Numbered from the stretch's first letter, positions 12,310 through 25,429 are shown. The stretch is 64,000 bases of DNA from the human T2T-CHM13v2.0 reference genome, Homo sapiens (GCF_009914755.1 NC_060934.1), one strand, 5' to 3'. Made by a program: numbers and translations. Notes: generated by a model not told the origin, from the letters alone.

Positions 12310-13380
12310 TATTAGTTAAGATTCTTCTGATTGCAAGTTGGATAGAAAAAGCCAAATCCATCTGATTTCAGCAATACAAAAGGAATTTACTGGCTCATAT
12401 AAACAAGATCAGAGGCAGAACTGGCATTAGACCAGGCTAAATTGAGAGCTCAATGTGAGCGGGACTCGATTTCAGCTCAGCTGTCCTCAGTCTGCACGCT
12501 TCATCTTCAAGTTCTATGTGGTGACCACAGCTGTAGCTCTGGTTTCATATCCTCTTAGATTCTAGACTAGCAGGAAAGTAAGCATCTGTCTTTCTTGTAA
12601 TGCTATTTAGCTGTGACCACAATGATGCTCAGTTAAAACACACACACGTGCGCACACATGCACACACACACACACAAACTCAGTGATTACAACAATAAGC
12701 ATTTACTTAACATGTGTATGTGTGGGTTGGCTGAGGTCAGATGATCTAGATTGGGCTTGTTGGGGGTTCTGCTGATCTTAGTAGGAGCTGCTCACACTTC
12801 TGAGCTCAGCTGGGGGTCAGCTAATTTAGGCTGGGCTTGTATGGACAGCTCTGCTGATCTTTCTTACGCTTCTGGGCTAGTGTAGCTCAGCCCTGTTCCA
12901 TATGTCTCTTATCTTCTTTCCTGAGACCGGTGACCCATCCCAAGCATATTCTCATGGTGATGACAGAGGCACAAGAGTGCAAGACCAGCTGCACAAACAT
13001 GTGTACCCTATGCTGTGTCATGTCTGCTAACATCTCATTAGCCAAAGAAAGTCACATGACTGTACCCCAAATCAACCGAATGGAGACGTACTCTCCTCCC
13101 ATGAAAGTGAGAAGGAGGCAGAGAATATTTCTGCACAATAATTTTCTATACCACTTAAGCAGATGGGGTTGGCTTGCTCATTTCAAAACAAGTGATGTGG
13201 CCAAGGGCATAGGTTGTACACTTTGGCCTAGACCTAGGTCCCATATTCCATCATGGGTGTAGAATTACATTCACATTTGCCAAAGCATGTGAGCTAAGAG
13301 TGGAGAAGGAAGGCTTACTTCAAATGAAGGTTAGGGTTCTGCTAGCTACATATAGGGGAAATGGATGTGAGATGGCAAAC
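12310..13380 (-). mobile_element. nested MLT1 MaLR LTRs (older MLT1J/K-like split by a second MLT1H/I-like copy at ~12597-13153)
   Basis: ttctgattgcaag...ggaatttactggctcat start; inner copy aaactcagtgattacaacaataagcattta...acatctcattagccaaagaaagtcacatgac. Confidence 0.55.
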
Positions 13381-14282
13381 CACAGTGACAATTATAACTT
13401 TAAACAATAGACTTACAGTTTTATTTCTTGAGTCTTTGGTGTTAGATAGTATCCTTTGACACCACATGTATAACAGTTCTCTTTCATGCCCCATTTCCAC
13501 TCTGTCAACTCAATCATTCATGCTATTTGTTTATATTTATGAATGAAGGGCTAGGTAATTAACAACGGTGGCTAGGTGTCAGGTGCAGCTCCCTGCCACT
13601 GAGTAGGTGTGTCTCCTCAGTAAGCATATCTGAGGTTGGTGGCTGGCTGTGTACATGGGTGGGATGTGTCAACCACAAGCTTCCCTTTAGGATGCAAGTA
13701 CAGAGAATCATGCAAATGACTTTCTTTTCACCTCAAAACACCAAAAACAGAGGGCTTCACTGTGGAATGCCAAATACCATACAACAAGCCTTAGCTCTCC
13801 CAGGGAGACATCTTATTTTCTTAATAGATCAGATCTTGGGGAGGGGACGAAGGTTTCTGAATCCCCTCTTGCTGCTCCATCTGTATGCATGGGAAAAGAG
13901 GAGAGAGATGACAAAAGTCAAACGGTGCAACCATTCTCTGGTCAACCTTCTGTTAATCACTTGGTTTTTGCTCCTCTTTCCATTCCTGAGTTCTGAATCT
14001 GTTCATGTCCAACGTGAAGATTCCCCAAGGCTTCTTTGGAAAGAACATTCCACCCTTTCTGCAGCCTCCTCCTGAGTATATCTGGGGTGCTGCTTTCTCT
14101 GCTCTGTTTCATCTATCCATACTATTCACTGTCTTTCCTTCTTCCAGAAAAGTATCAAAATGTCTGCTGATGGTTTCCTTTTTTGTCTTCAGCATGGTTA
14201 TGAATTTATTTCCTTAACTGACTCTTCAGCAGAATTTTGAAAAGGAGTGTAGATAAATGCAAGCATCCAGTCCACCATCTTG

Positions 14283-14284
<2 letters not shown>

Positions 14285-14328
<44 letters not shown>
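14285..14328. repeat. (CA)17(TA)5 microsatellite
   Basis: Read directly from the sequence. Confidence 0.95.
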
Positions 14329-15560
14329 ATATTGTGTGGGTATATAAATGTGTGTGTATGTGGGTGCATGCACATGTGTTTTTTTTAAAACAACATTAGA
14401 TTTTGCCAGTTACATTTTTGCTACTGGCTTAATTGAATACCCTTCTAGAAGAGTTTTGAAAGCTGTTTCTTAAAACCACTTGGAGAAAACAGGGATCTTC
14501 CTCTCACTTTATTATTATTTTTTAATAATATTAGCTGAGTTTTTGGTCTTTTTTCCTACCTGAATGAACAAACTTCAGAGATGATACGATCTGTTACACA
14601 GAAATCTGTTTAAGTTGTACTTAAAAACAAGAAAAGATATGTTGATTCTAACCTCTGGAGGTCAGCATTGGCTTTATCTATATTTTGGTTTTTTGTTGTT
14701 ATTTGTTTTTAATACTGAACAATCCTAAACCCTACACCCTTATCAAACTAGAGCATTCACTTCAAATCCTGAGAGTAGCTGGTGAAGAATGGGCCTGGAA
14801 TAAGAGTGGGTAAATGACCCATGAAAGAAATGACTATCTTATGTTGGATCTAAAACCTAACTAGTAAATATTTATTTGTTACTGTTAGTACTATGTATAC
14901 ATTTACTGTATGCCAATAGTATTCAAAATATATGGTTCTACTGAGGATGGCTAAAACACACATAGATGGAGGGAGAGCTTCTGCCTAGTGGGCTTCAAAT
15001 TGAAAAGATGCACAGCATTGAGATAGACACTTTCCAGGAGAAAACCATGACTCACATGGGAATGACTTCAATGGCATCTGGTTTCCATCTTCTTTGTTTC
15101 TTCTCTTGGACTCCATTCAGAGGCACTTCCTTCCAGCTGGATCTTTTAATGGCATAATGTGAAAGCAAGATCCACAGAAGTGGGTTTACAGGAGGGACTT
15201 GAAGGAGAAAATGCAGATCATCAGGGGGAGACGATGGAAAATTACACCCAGATGGGAGGGAACAGAGAATGTACACACATCCAGACTAAAATATACCAAT
15301 TAAAATATTTAGGGAAATGAAGAGTGGTGTATGATTTTTAATATAGGGTAACAAAACTCTGAATGCAATAAAAAGGCAAAGTGATATAGTCCTGATTGCA
15401 ATTAGCACATTAATGCAATTTCTGTTTCTAGCCTGGGAAAATATGTCAGCTCTCTTTACTTAAATGAATGGAACATGGCACTGCTTGTAGTCTTGCTGTG
15501 ACTTATTCAGTCTACACACTAGCTCCATTCATGATGGCAGTACCCTTCTTTTCCTTTCAG

Positions 15561-15617
15561 AGCTGGAAAGGTGCTGGCGAAGCTCGCCTGGTGTGCCAAA
15601 ATGACCTGGAATTGGAG
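15561..15617 (+). CDS. candidate 57-nt internal exon (phase 0: SWKGAGEARLVCQNDLELE); parent gene not identified
   Basis: Acceptor cccttcttttcctttcAG; donor GAG|GTAAAG; length a multiple of 3 and open in phases 0 and 2; G-runs just downstream. Confidence 0.5.
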
Positions 15618-16101
15618 GTAAAGCCACCACCTGGGTGGGTGGGTTGGGCCTGGTTACAATAACCAGCAGCCCATCTGGGTCCATATGAGAGAGACTGGAA
15701 GGGGCGCAGCAGGCCATTGGTTTCTGTATGAAAACACACATTTTCACATTCTCCTTCTCCCAAGTCATCATTAGCAAGGAGGAAAGTCTGTTTCTTCCTT
15801 TAAAATGAGGGTCCATTATATTCTGTAGCTTTTCCCCCTATATATGATGTTCCTTTTAACTGAATAGTACCAGATTTGAGTGACTTGCCACTGGTCTTAT
15901 TCTCTTCTCTACCTCCAAACAGCTCTTGAGAGGGGCCATATCACTGGGAGGTAAGTGGTGATGGCATGGAGGCTGTAACGATGGTTACAGTTCTTCTGTA
16001 CATTGTGGCAGTCAGACCTGATCCGAACTGACAATAAGTCAAAAAATAATTATTGAGTACTTGTCCAAGTCCCTGCAGAGATATATATTAATGAGTAATT
16101 C

Positions 16102-16437
16102 TTCAGTCCCTCTTTTATGTGCCAGGGATGCATTCAAGACCCGCAGTGGATGCCTGAAGCTGTGGATAGTACTGAACTCTTACATGTTTTTTCTTATAAA
16201 TACATACCTGTGATAAAGTTTAGTTTATAAATTAGGCACAGGAAGAGATGAACAACAATGGCTAATAATAAAATAGAACAATTACAACAATATAGTGTAA
16301 TAAAAGTTATGTCAGCGTGGTCTCTCTCTCTCTCTTAAAATACCTTATTGTACTGTATTCATCTATTTTTGGGCCATGGTTGACCATGGGTAACTGAAAC
16401 CTAGAAAAGCAAAACCTCAGATAAGTGGGGACTACTG
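16102..16437 (-). mobile_element. MER44A (TcMar-Tigger MITE), near full length
   Basis: Reverse of the MER44A consensus; right TIR gataagtggggactactg followed by TA. Confidence 0.85.
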
Positions 16438-17989
16438 TATAGAAAATGGTAATATGAGACAGATTGCTCTAAGCCCTAAGAGAGATACAAATCAGGCTAA
16501 TGGGAACAATAGAGGTTAATTCTGATGTGGTGTTGGGAGACAGGAGTACATATCAGAAGACAAGAGTTGAAACGACAATGTGGAAATGTATGGGGAGGAT
16601 TCTTCACTTCATTGGTTTGGCTAAATTCTGGGGCAGCATTGGCTTTACATATAGGCCAGGGGTCCACAAACTCAGATGCCCATAGGAGCCAGACAAGCCC
16701 CATATATATGTGAATCTGTCCAGGTGTGAAGCAATCGGGAGTGTTGGAACCTGTGAGAGAAGGAGGGTCACGCCCCCACAGAAAGATCTTCAATTTCATG
16801 TTAAAAATTCAAACAATTCATGCTGTTGTCTGCAGATCTTCTCCGTCCTACAAAGACTTCCCTGTGCCTCTACATTCAGACTCAACTCCTCCACCCCAGA
16901 GAGAGACCCAAGCTTCCTCTCAAACGCACAATCATATTTCCATAACTAACAGAATCTTCTAGGGCTGATCCTCCCAGAAATATGAGCGAGCAGGCCTTAA
17001 AGACAAGTACACATCTCCACTGTGGGAGATGGGATTCTTTAAAGGGCAGTTTAATCAGCTTTCGCAGGGCGTTCTATCACACGTGGGCCAAGAGCCTAGC
17101 GCTGGAGGAGCTGGTAAAGCTGGCTGAGTCTCCTGTGATTTTTCCAGGACTGCCCCCAGTCGGAGGGGGAGGAGGAGAGCTTCAACCAGAGCAGCTGTTT
17201 CACAGGTTGAGCTCCTGAGTAAAATCTTGTCTGAACAGGGAAAGGCCTCTGAGCATAGTTATGACACAGATGGGGAAACTCCATCCCTGCTCTTCAGATG
17301 GGGGCTTGGGTGGACGCCCTGCCTGGGCTTTCCTGACCGTGTTCCGCACGTTGCTTTTCCCCTTTGGCACACAGTGTATCCATCCCATCCCCCTCCCATT
17401 CCAATAAATACAAGGCCTTGGATGTAGCTGCTCAATAAGGACAACTTAGTAAAGTCACATCAGTCCTGATTAAATTCACAGCTTGCTGTAGAATTTTCCA
17501 GAATTGAAGAATGACAATCGCGGACTTCAATGTGCTCCACAAGTAGCAAATAGGATTAAAGAGAAAATAATAAATTCATACATAGTGAAGCTAAAGAACA
17601 CAAAAGGGAAAAAAATCTTACAAAAAAATTAAATTAGAATTTAATCCCTGCCTAAAATATCTGCATTCTCTCCTTTAATCCCTTCGACAATAAGCAAACC
17701 TATCAACTTATATTAAAAATATAGAGGCTTTATATTAAATCAGAATGTTGTAAATTCTGCGGGCAAACAGGAATACTTTGGAATTCTCTCCCCATCCTTT
17801 TTTTTTACTACTAGTGATTTTAGACATTTGCAAATAGTCTTTTTTGGTTGTTGTTCCTTCCTTTGGTTTAACTCAGTGATTCTCAAACTCTGGCATGCAT
17901 CGGAGTACTTTGTATAGGGCTGGACCTCCACCACCCAACCATGTATACAGGGGGAGTTACATGAGATTCTCACCTGATAACCAATTAGA

Positions 17990-18660
17990 TGTTTCAGCCA
18001 CTACCTCCCCTCCCACACACACACACACAGAGGAGGCTGACTGTGGTGAACTCAACTGTGTTTGCTCTCCTTATGTTTTACACTTTCTCTTCATATCAAA
18101 TAGGTACTCAGACTTGTTCTTCCTTGCTTAAGGCAATAAAGGAGAAAGCCTAGAGAAAGCTTCTTTAGGCTGGAGAAGAAGAGACTGCCCTGTTGCTCCT
18201 GTGAGCTGTGGGAGCCAGGAACCGCTCCATAAGTGTACCCCTCAGAAGGGAGGAGGCTGTGTGTACTCCAAGGGAGGCTAGACCCTAAGGGTGGGTTTTC
18301 TCACCTCCTAGAGATCCCTGGCATCCCACATGTGGCCTGAAATAGCAGAGATGAGATCTAAGTGGGCCATGTAGACTGCGACAATTGCTACTTCAGCACT
18401 AACCAGTGTAGACAGATGACAAAATACTAGAGTAGTCTTCCCTCAACATTGCATAAGACCCTGTACTCTGTAAGACCCAGACTTTTGCAGAATCCTGGTG
18501 TGTGGGGGTGTGAGAGCAGCCCAAGCATGGCTGGATTAAATTTCCTGCCAGCTTGGTGGGCTGGTTACTCAGAATCCAAATTTAATTTGATGTAAGGAAA
18601 TCTAAAAATTTTATGTTTCTTGAACACATGAATTTATAGACTGAGATTTACACCTATTTC
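17990..18660 (+). mobile_element. old LTR remnant (LTR78-like)
   Basis: 3' end tttcttgaacacatgaatttatagactgagatttacacctatttca resembles the LTR78 terminus as recalled. Confidence 0.3.
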
Positions 18661-20029
18661 AAATATTGAATGCCTTGCTAATGGGAAAGATTTGCTGACA
18701 GCTACAAGGGATCTATCTCTGCCAGCTTGGGATGGATATGTCCCATGAAAATACATTTCTGAAAGGTGAGCTCATGTCAGCAGTGGGAAGCCGTAAAGGT
18801 TGAACTATACCAGTAGTTCAGTTTCTCAGTTTTTCCAAGGCCTTGTTGTGGATCATTTAGCTAGTGCCCTGATCTATCCTTGCCAATACTTTTGAGGGTT
18901 AAAAAACAAACATCAAAGTGCACACATTGAAAAACAAACCAACAAACAGCTTCACTCTTAAAAATCACTTTATTAGGCTCAAGATGAGCTCCTGCGTGCA
19001 AAGCTCTCAACAGCTAGAAACTGTGGGGCAGGCAGCCGCCTACTTCCCATCCAAGTCATGGTGCTTAGGGTTCAACTTGAATGGCTAATTACTGGTCACC
19101 TCACCTTCTTGTCAAAGCCAAAAGATTATACTTAATGCACAACTTAAGCCGTCCCCTGGACCTCACTTATTTGGGCTGGCAATCACGTTTTCTGTTCCCC
19201 TCCCCACTTACCTTAAGTTTTAGTAATTGCCCTCTGGGCTCAAAAGAGCATCCCACTAAGCCATTGAAATGTTGAAAAGCTCCCTCACATGGGACATGTT
19301 TATCTGCACTCAGAAAAAGAGCCGGGACAAATATGTGCGGCTTTGGTACATGACAGGATGCAGATTTCTTGTGAGCAATTTCTTAACTTTCAGCTTAGTA
19401 ATAACTATAATCAATGCAGTGCCTTTAGAGTTGGTTAGAAGTGTTGTTACACAGTAACTAGAAACTTTAAAGATGGTAAATAAATCATAATGGTGATATT
19501 TTCCACAGTGTAAACATAATGCCCAGTATCCCTTTGGGCTTTGCAAAATGCAGGAACACTTGCTCAATCCATCTTTCTAGGAATAAAGAAGAGAAAGCCC
19601 CTTTTCTAGCTCTTCTCTAGCCCTTCCTGCTGTGGGATTTCTAGTAGAAGGACTTGCTCAACTCTGGGTAGCTTTTTCAAGGTTGCATCCAATGATCTAC
19701 TACCAACTAACAGGTCACCCCTCCAACGGATGAGAGACTCAAACTGTGCATTTTGGGATCACTTTAAAACACTGACACCAGCGGGATGTAGGTGTAGTCA
19801 TCAAAATGGAGCCAGGTGGACATTATCAATAAAAAAACAAAAGTCTTTCAACTCCAATAGGCCTAATATTGAGCCTCACAACCCAGTCTTGAGCAATGAG
19901 AGCCTGGATAAGTAAATAACTTAAGAGATAAATACATGTGTAAGCCTCACCTGTAGGGTGAGCATTATAATGACTTTGGGACTCACCATATTCTTTTCTG
20001 TGTCAAGTTCCTATGCAATTCATTCTTCC

Positions 20030-20345
20030 TGCCTTGCTAATTCTTATTCATGCTTACTAGCTCATTGTAAATATGATTTTTCTCCAAAAACTTTCCTGCT
20101 ATGATCTCCCATATATGTTAGCCCCCACTGCATGGTCTTCCTCTCAAAACACCCCATCCTATTTCTTCACAACACGTAAGAGGATTGTAACTAAATCATT
20201 TTCTCTGTAATTTGTCTCCATTGTTGGAATTTAAGATCCAGAGGGGCAAGGAGTGTTTCTTTTGCTTACTGTGGTATCCCAAGCGCCTTGTACACAGCCT
20301 TACTCATAGCAGATGTTCAGTAAATAGTTGTTGAATGAATGGATG
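20030..20345 (+). mobile_element. L2 3' end
   Basis: agatccagaggggcaaggagtgtt...gtatcccaagcgcc...cagtaaatagttgttgaatgaat. Confidence 0.7.
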
Positions 20346-20661
20346 GTTGCTCTGTCTGTTGAGGTTGGTGTAAGGATTGTGAGGCAATGCCTCTAACAGA
20401 ATCTGCACATAGAAGCAGTCACATCAATCCATTTTAGCTTTATTCCTCCTTTCTTTCACTGGTGTTTGACAGATATATTCCTTTCCCCATTTTCTTCCAC
20501 AAACTCCAGATTTTTTATTTCCTGGCAAAGAATAATAATTTTAGAGCTGGGGGTATAGGAGGATTATCACTTTATGGATCCTCATGTTAGGGACACAATA
20601 CTCGAAGTCATAAGAGAAATTGTTAATTGTCAGAGTCACATAATCTATGTGATGGTGATGG

Positions 20662-22433
20662 TGATGGTGGCGGTGGCCCATCTGGAGTGGCCACTACAAG
20701 GATGCCAGCTATAGCAAGGGAGGCGCAGCCAGAGCTGTGCACTCTGCAGCACCAGCAGGGGCCGGAAGCAGGTGGTGCCAACAGGAGCCCTGCACCCTAT
20801 CAAGTTGGTGGGATGGGAGCCTGTGCTCCCGGGTGCAGATGCAGCTGCCCAGCCACCCAGCTACAGCTCCAGATCCAAGCATCCCTTTGCTCTCAGGATC
20901 CCAGGAAGCCCCCTACCCCTGCAGGCTTGGAAGTGCCTGCTCCTGTTCCCTGGCCTTGTCCTGCTCCCGGAGCCCACTTCAGTGCAGAGCAAAGTTGTAG
21001 CTAAGCCTGGGTGCTGTCGCAACCTGGTCAGGTTGCACATGCTTGGAGCAGCGCTGACACACCAGTCGCCTCTCCAACTGCCTTGGCTTCCTCCAGGCTT
21101 TGGGCACTGACAAGTGTGAGAGGGAGGCCAGGGTACTGAGGGTGGCTTGGTGCAGGCCTGCAGGTGCCCTTTGATGTGGACAGCCTGGGCGCTGTGGATG
21201 GCACGTTGATGGTGGTGGGGGGCAGACAGGTTCCTAGGTGGGAAGGGGTGTGTCCCTAGTGAAAACCCACCTTCAAGCCAGGAATGCTCTGGAGGCTGGG
21301 CTGCCAGTTCCAGGTGGAGTCCATGACCCAGAGTGAGAACTCATGGTGTTTTTTCAGGCCCACCCATGGCTTCCCATGGACCAATCAGCATGCACTTTTT
21401 GAGCCCATAAAAACCCCAGACTCAGCTAGACTCAGACACTCACTGGGACAACCTGCCTGTGGATAGAGGCTACCCACTTTGGGTCTCCTGAGAGCTGTTC
21501 TGCAGCTCAGTAAAGCTCCTCTCTGCCTGGCTCACCCTCCAGTTATCCACATAACCTCATTCTTCCTGGATGTGGGACAAGAACTTGGGACCCACTGAAT
21601 GATGGGAGTGAAAGGAGCTGTAACACGTTCCTGGCTGGCTTACTGAGCTGCAGGCAGTGACACACTCCCAGACTGTGGAAGTGAAGCATCGCAACCCTTC
21701 TTGGGGCCCAGACCCCAGGATTCCCTGAGCCAGAGCTGTTGTAACACTACAGCCCTCCCATGCTTCACTTGCACCCAGAAGCCACCCCATGGGATGAGAA
21801 GCAGCAGTGGGGACAGGCCAGTCCAAGAGCTGTGGACCTGAGTGGGGCAGTGGGACTAACACAGCTGTAACACAAATAGGCTGAAACATATCCACCACTC
21901 TGTGCACACCCCTACTCACTGCACTGCGGGCGACAAGAAGGAGAGAAGAGTTGAAGCCCTTCTGGAAGCCCAGAACTTGGGGCTTCCCGAACCTGAGCTG
22001 TGACACACTGTAACACCCTCTTTGGGGTTCTGTAGTTCCTGGCATCTCCAAGCTTTCAGGTGCCACTGCATTCCCCTTGTCTGTCCAGACCCTGGTGCCT
22101 GCAGTGGCAGTCACTTGGGGCATGCAGCCTCACATGAAGCCAGTGCCTGTGCTGGCACCTGGAGCTGCCCACTCTGCTGCAGCAGCTGGTGTGCCTGGCT
22201 GTGCACAGCAGCGAGACCCTGCCCCTGCTCATGCATTCACACACCCCCTGCCACTCTGTGCCTGGCTTGTCCTTAGCAAGTATGGGATCTGGGCCAGTAG
22301 CACGGGCCGAGCACAGCCTGCTGGGCTGTGTGGGTGAGACAAGCCCAGCAGGAGTAAGCAAAACCCAAGCAGAGGCACTGCTGGCCATAGAGGTTTCTGG
22401 CTGGTGAAATGACACCCTAAGCATTCTGTGACA
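20662..22433 (+). mobile_element. full-length solo LTR, MER52A-like (ERV1 class), 1772 bp
   Basis: TG...CA termini (tgatggtggcggtggcccatctggag ... gcattctgtgaca); 4-bp TSD ATGG at 20658-20661 and 22434-22437; GC-rich; CCAAT at 21381, CATAAAAA at 21406. Confidence 0.9.
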
Positions 22434-22627
22434 ATGGTGCATTTGGTGCAAGGTCTCTAGCTTCTGCTTCTTTGTCTATAGCTCTAGCCTTTGTATTGCA
22501 CTCAGTATATACTATAGTTTTTTTTTTTTCTTAATCACCAACATTTGCTAAAACTTTTGCCTAACCAGAGCATTCAACAGGTTACTTGAAATGCTAACCT
22601 TATAAGAGTCTGACCTGGCTGAGACTG

Positions 22628-22820
22628 TTTTTATTTTTTGGGACAGGGTCTCACTCTGTTGCCCAGGCTGGAGTATAGTGGTATGATCACGGCTCACTAT
22701 AACTTTGACCTTCCAGGCTCAAGTGATTCTCTTGTCTCAGCCCCCTGAGTATCTGGGGCCACAGGTGCATGCCACCACACCTGGCTAATTTTTGTATTTT
22801 TTATAGAGATGGAGTTTTGT
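22628..22820 (-). mobile_element. 5'-truncated AluJ
   Basis: Right monomer plus linker; 11-bp TSD CTGGCTGAGAC at 22615-22625 and 22821-22831. Confidence 0.85.
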
Positions 22821-24144
22821 CTGGCTGAGACCATTAATGAGAAAAACATTTCCTACCAAAATTCAGCATACATTAACCATTTGCAAGTAAAATAACCTAA
22901 GAAATTTGCCTTCAACCTGAAAAAAGGGCAGATTTCATTTGCCATAGGCAAGGCAACTGGAATAAAATGTTAAATTTTTAATTTTTTTAAAATCCAAAGA
23001 GATATTAGATGTTTTCTTCTTTTGTTGTGTGATTTGTCAGAATTCATACTGTAAGGCTTTCAAATTAGTTCACTGCATGATTCAATGCTAAAAGTGGTCA
23101 AAATTGTAGATTTTTTTTTGTTCCAATACCCTTGATCTTTGACAGTTTATAGATAATTTGGAAGAAGTGAAAACTGGCTGTGAAGATTAGATTATTTTAT
23201 CCAGTTAGAGGGCTGAGTAGCAGAAAGTTGTTGGAGGTCTTTATCAAATTCAGATCAAAGACTTCTGGGAATTAATGAGTATCTTGAGAGAAACAATCTG
23301 TTAGACCCCTCAGAGATGCAAGATTGTCTTTTTTGGCAGACACGTATTCATCTGAGCACATTGAATGAGAGCATTGCTCATTTGTTCAAGAGTGTACAGG
23401 TATATGATATGCGTACTACACATATGGGTTGAGGGATGATGACAAATCCAAGTTGGACTTATATTCCATTGTGACCTGGCCTGGACTTAATGGAATCAGA
23501 AACTCTGAAGAAGTGCAGAACTGTCTGAAACAATGAAGTCACCCTTTCAGAGGCAATTCACTCATTCGGATGCTATGAATCATGCTTCAAGCCTCTTTGC
23601 TTGCTTTTGATGCTTAAATAAGGAAAGTTCCTGAATGATCAAGTATCTATTGTAACTGTGGCACTCAGCTGCTCAGTCTTTGGGCAGTGTTTGCATTTGC
23701 ATGGCTCTGTGACAAAACTTTCTATTTAATTCACACTGAGACCCATCATCAACAATATAAGCTCAGGAGCAGAATATACCCATTATTCTCAAAAAGATGA
23801 ATTTTGCTAAATAGTGATATTTTCCCTGACTTCATCAACAAGAATTGGCTAGCCCTGGGCCAAAAATTGCACATTTTTATGTGAAGAAATTCAGGTAATG
23901 TACCTTTATGAGTCGCTTTAAGATTATTTATAAAATTCATTAAAAATAGCTTTTGTCATATGACTACAAAAGTAATAATTCTAAAAATTAGGAAAATATA
24001 AAAAAGCACAAAGAAAAAATATCCACCACCTTAGTATACAGTCATATACTATAATAACTTTGCATATATTTCCTATGTTTCTATACTTCCATAAATATAC
24101 ATGTGTGAGAACTTATATATGTATGTATGTATTATGAATATATA

Positions 24145-25429
24145 TGAAGGGACATCAAAATGTTCATGGAAGATGCATATTATGAAACAACTATGCATGA
24201 ATTTCAATTTTTTGCACCAAAATAAACTCATACTACTTGTTATAACATGGCTGAAACAGGATCTAGTTTGAGGCACTAAGAAAGCTTAGACATAAGTTTG
24301 TAAAGAGCCCCTATCAGAGCAACATGAATTCTGCTAAAATTGAAACAAGAACAAACATCAAATTTAGGGTGAAGCTGGGGTTGAAGAATGGTGAAATCAC
24401 TGATGCTTTATGAAAAGTTTATGAGGACAATGCCCCCCCAGATTAGCAGTTTGCAAATGGATAACTTATTTTAAGAAGGATGAGATGATGTTGAAGATGA
24501 AGCCTTCAGCGGCAGACCATCCACATCAATTTGTGAGGAAAAAATTTATCTTGTTTGTGCCCTAATTGAAGAGGACTGATGATTAACAGCAGAAACAATA
24601 GCCAACACCATAGACATCTCAGTTCAGCTTACACAATTCTGACTGAAAAATTAAAGTTGAGAATATTTTCCACTTAATGGGTGCCAAAACCACTGTGCCC
24701 AGATCAACTGTAGAAAGGGCACACCTTTCAATGGGAATTGTAAGCAAGTGGGATCAAGATCCTGAAACACTTCTTTGAAGAATTATAAAAGAAGGTGAAA
24801 CATAGCCTTACCAGTATGATTCTGAAGACAAAGCACAATCAAAGCAATGGCTACCAAGAGGTGGAAGCGACCCATTCACAGCAAAAGTGGACCAGTCAAG
24901 AGCAGAGTTCATGGCAACAGTTTTGTGGGATGCTCAAGGTATTTTGCTGTTGACTTTTGGGAGAGCCAAAGAATGATAACATCTGCCTATTATAGACTGT
25001 TTTGAGCACTTTAGTCAAACAAGGTTTTAGCAGAAAAATGTCTAGGAAAGCTTCACCAGAGTCCCTCTCCACCATGACAATGTTTCTACTCATTCCTCTC
25101 ATCAAACAAGGGCAATTTTGTGAGAATTTTGATGAGAAATCACAACATATTCACCTTACAGTCCTGATTTGGCTTCTTCTGAATTGTTTTTCTTTAATAA
25201 TCTTAAAAAAATCTGTAAAGGGCACCCATTTTACTTCAGTTAGTAATGTAAAAAAAGACTGCACTGACACAGTTAAATACCCTCAGTTTTTTAGCGATGG
25301 ACTGAATGGCTGGTACCATGACTTACAAAAATGCCTTGAATTTGATGGAGCTTGTATTGAGAAATAAAGTTTATATTTTTTATTTATCTTTTAATTCCCT
25401 TTTTCTGTGAACTTTTTGAAGTCTCATTA
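24145..25429 (+). mobile_element. full-length HSMAR2 mariner DNA transposon
   Basis: ~30-bp TIRs at both ends, TA on both flanks, and a transposase remnant inside. Confidence 0.93.
24324..25367 (+). pseudogene. HSMAR2 transposase pseudogene (stops and frameshifts)
   Basis: MNSAKIETRTNIKF...DAL* (TGA at 24411); WVPKPL (~24678); LHHDN (~25066); PYSPDLASSE (~25154); C-terminus ...EFDGACIEK*. Confidence 0.9.

Noticed and set aside
13659-14075. 138-aa ORF
   Set aside because: No recognisable domain, non-ATG start, and probably within a degraded old LINE region
21615-22020. Recurrent (g)agctgtaacac motif that looks like a spaced repeat array
   Set aside because: Irregular spacing and short degenerate units within the LTR; LTR-internal repetition, not CRISPR-like
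20627-22451. Dense overlapping ORFs up to 188 aa on both strands
   Set aside because: All lie in the GC-rich MER52A-like LTR, where stop codons are rare; no recognisable protein
25002-25367. 121-aa ORF as an active transposase or domesticated gene
   Set aside because: Mostly out of frame with the transposase motifs; the element has early stops and altered catalytic residues
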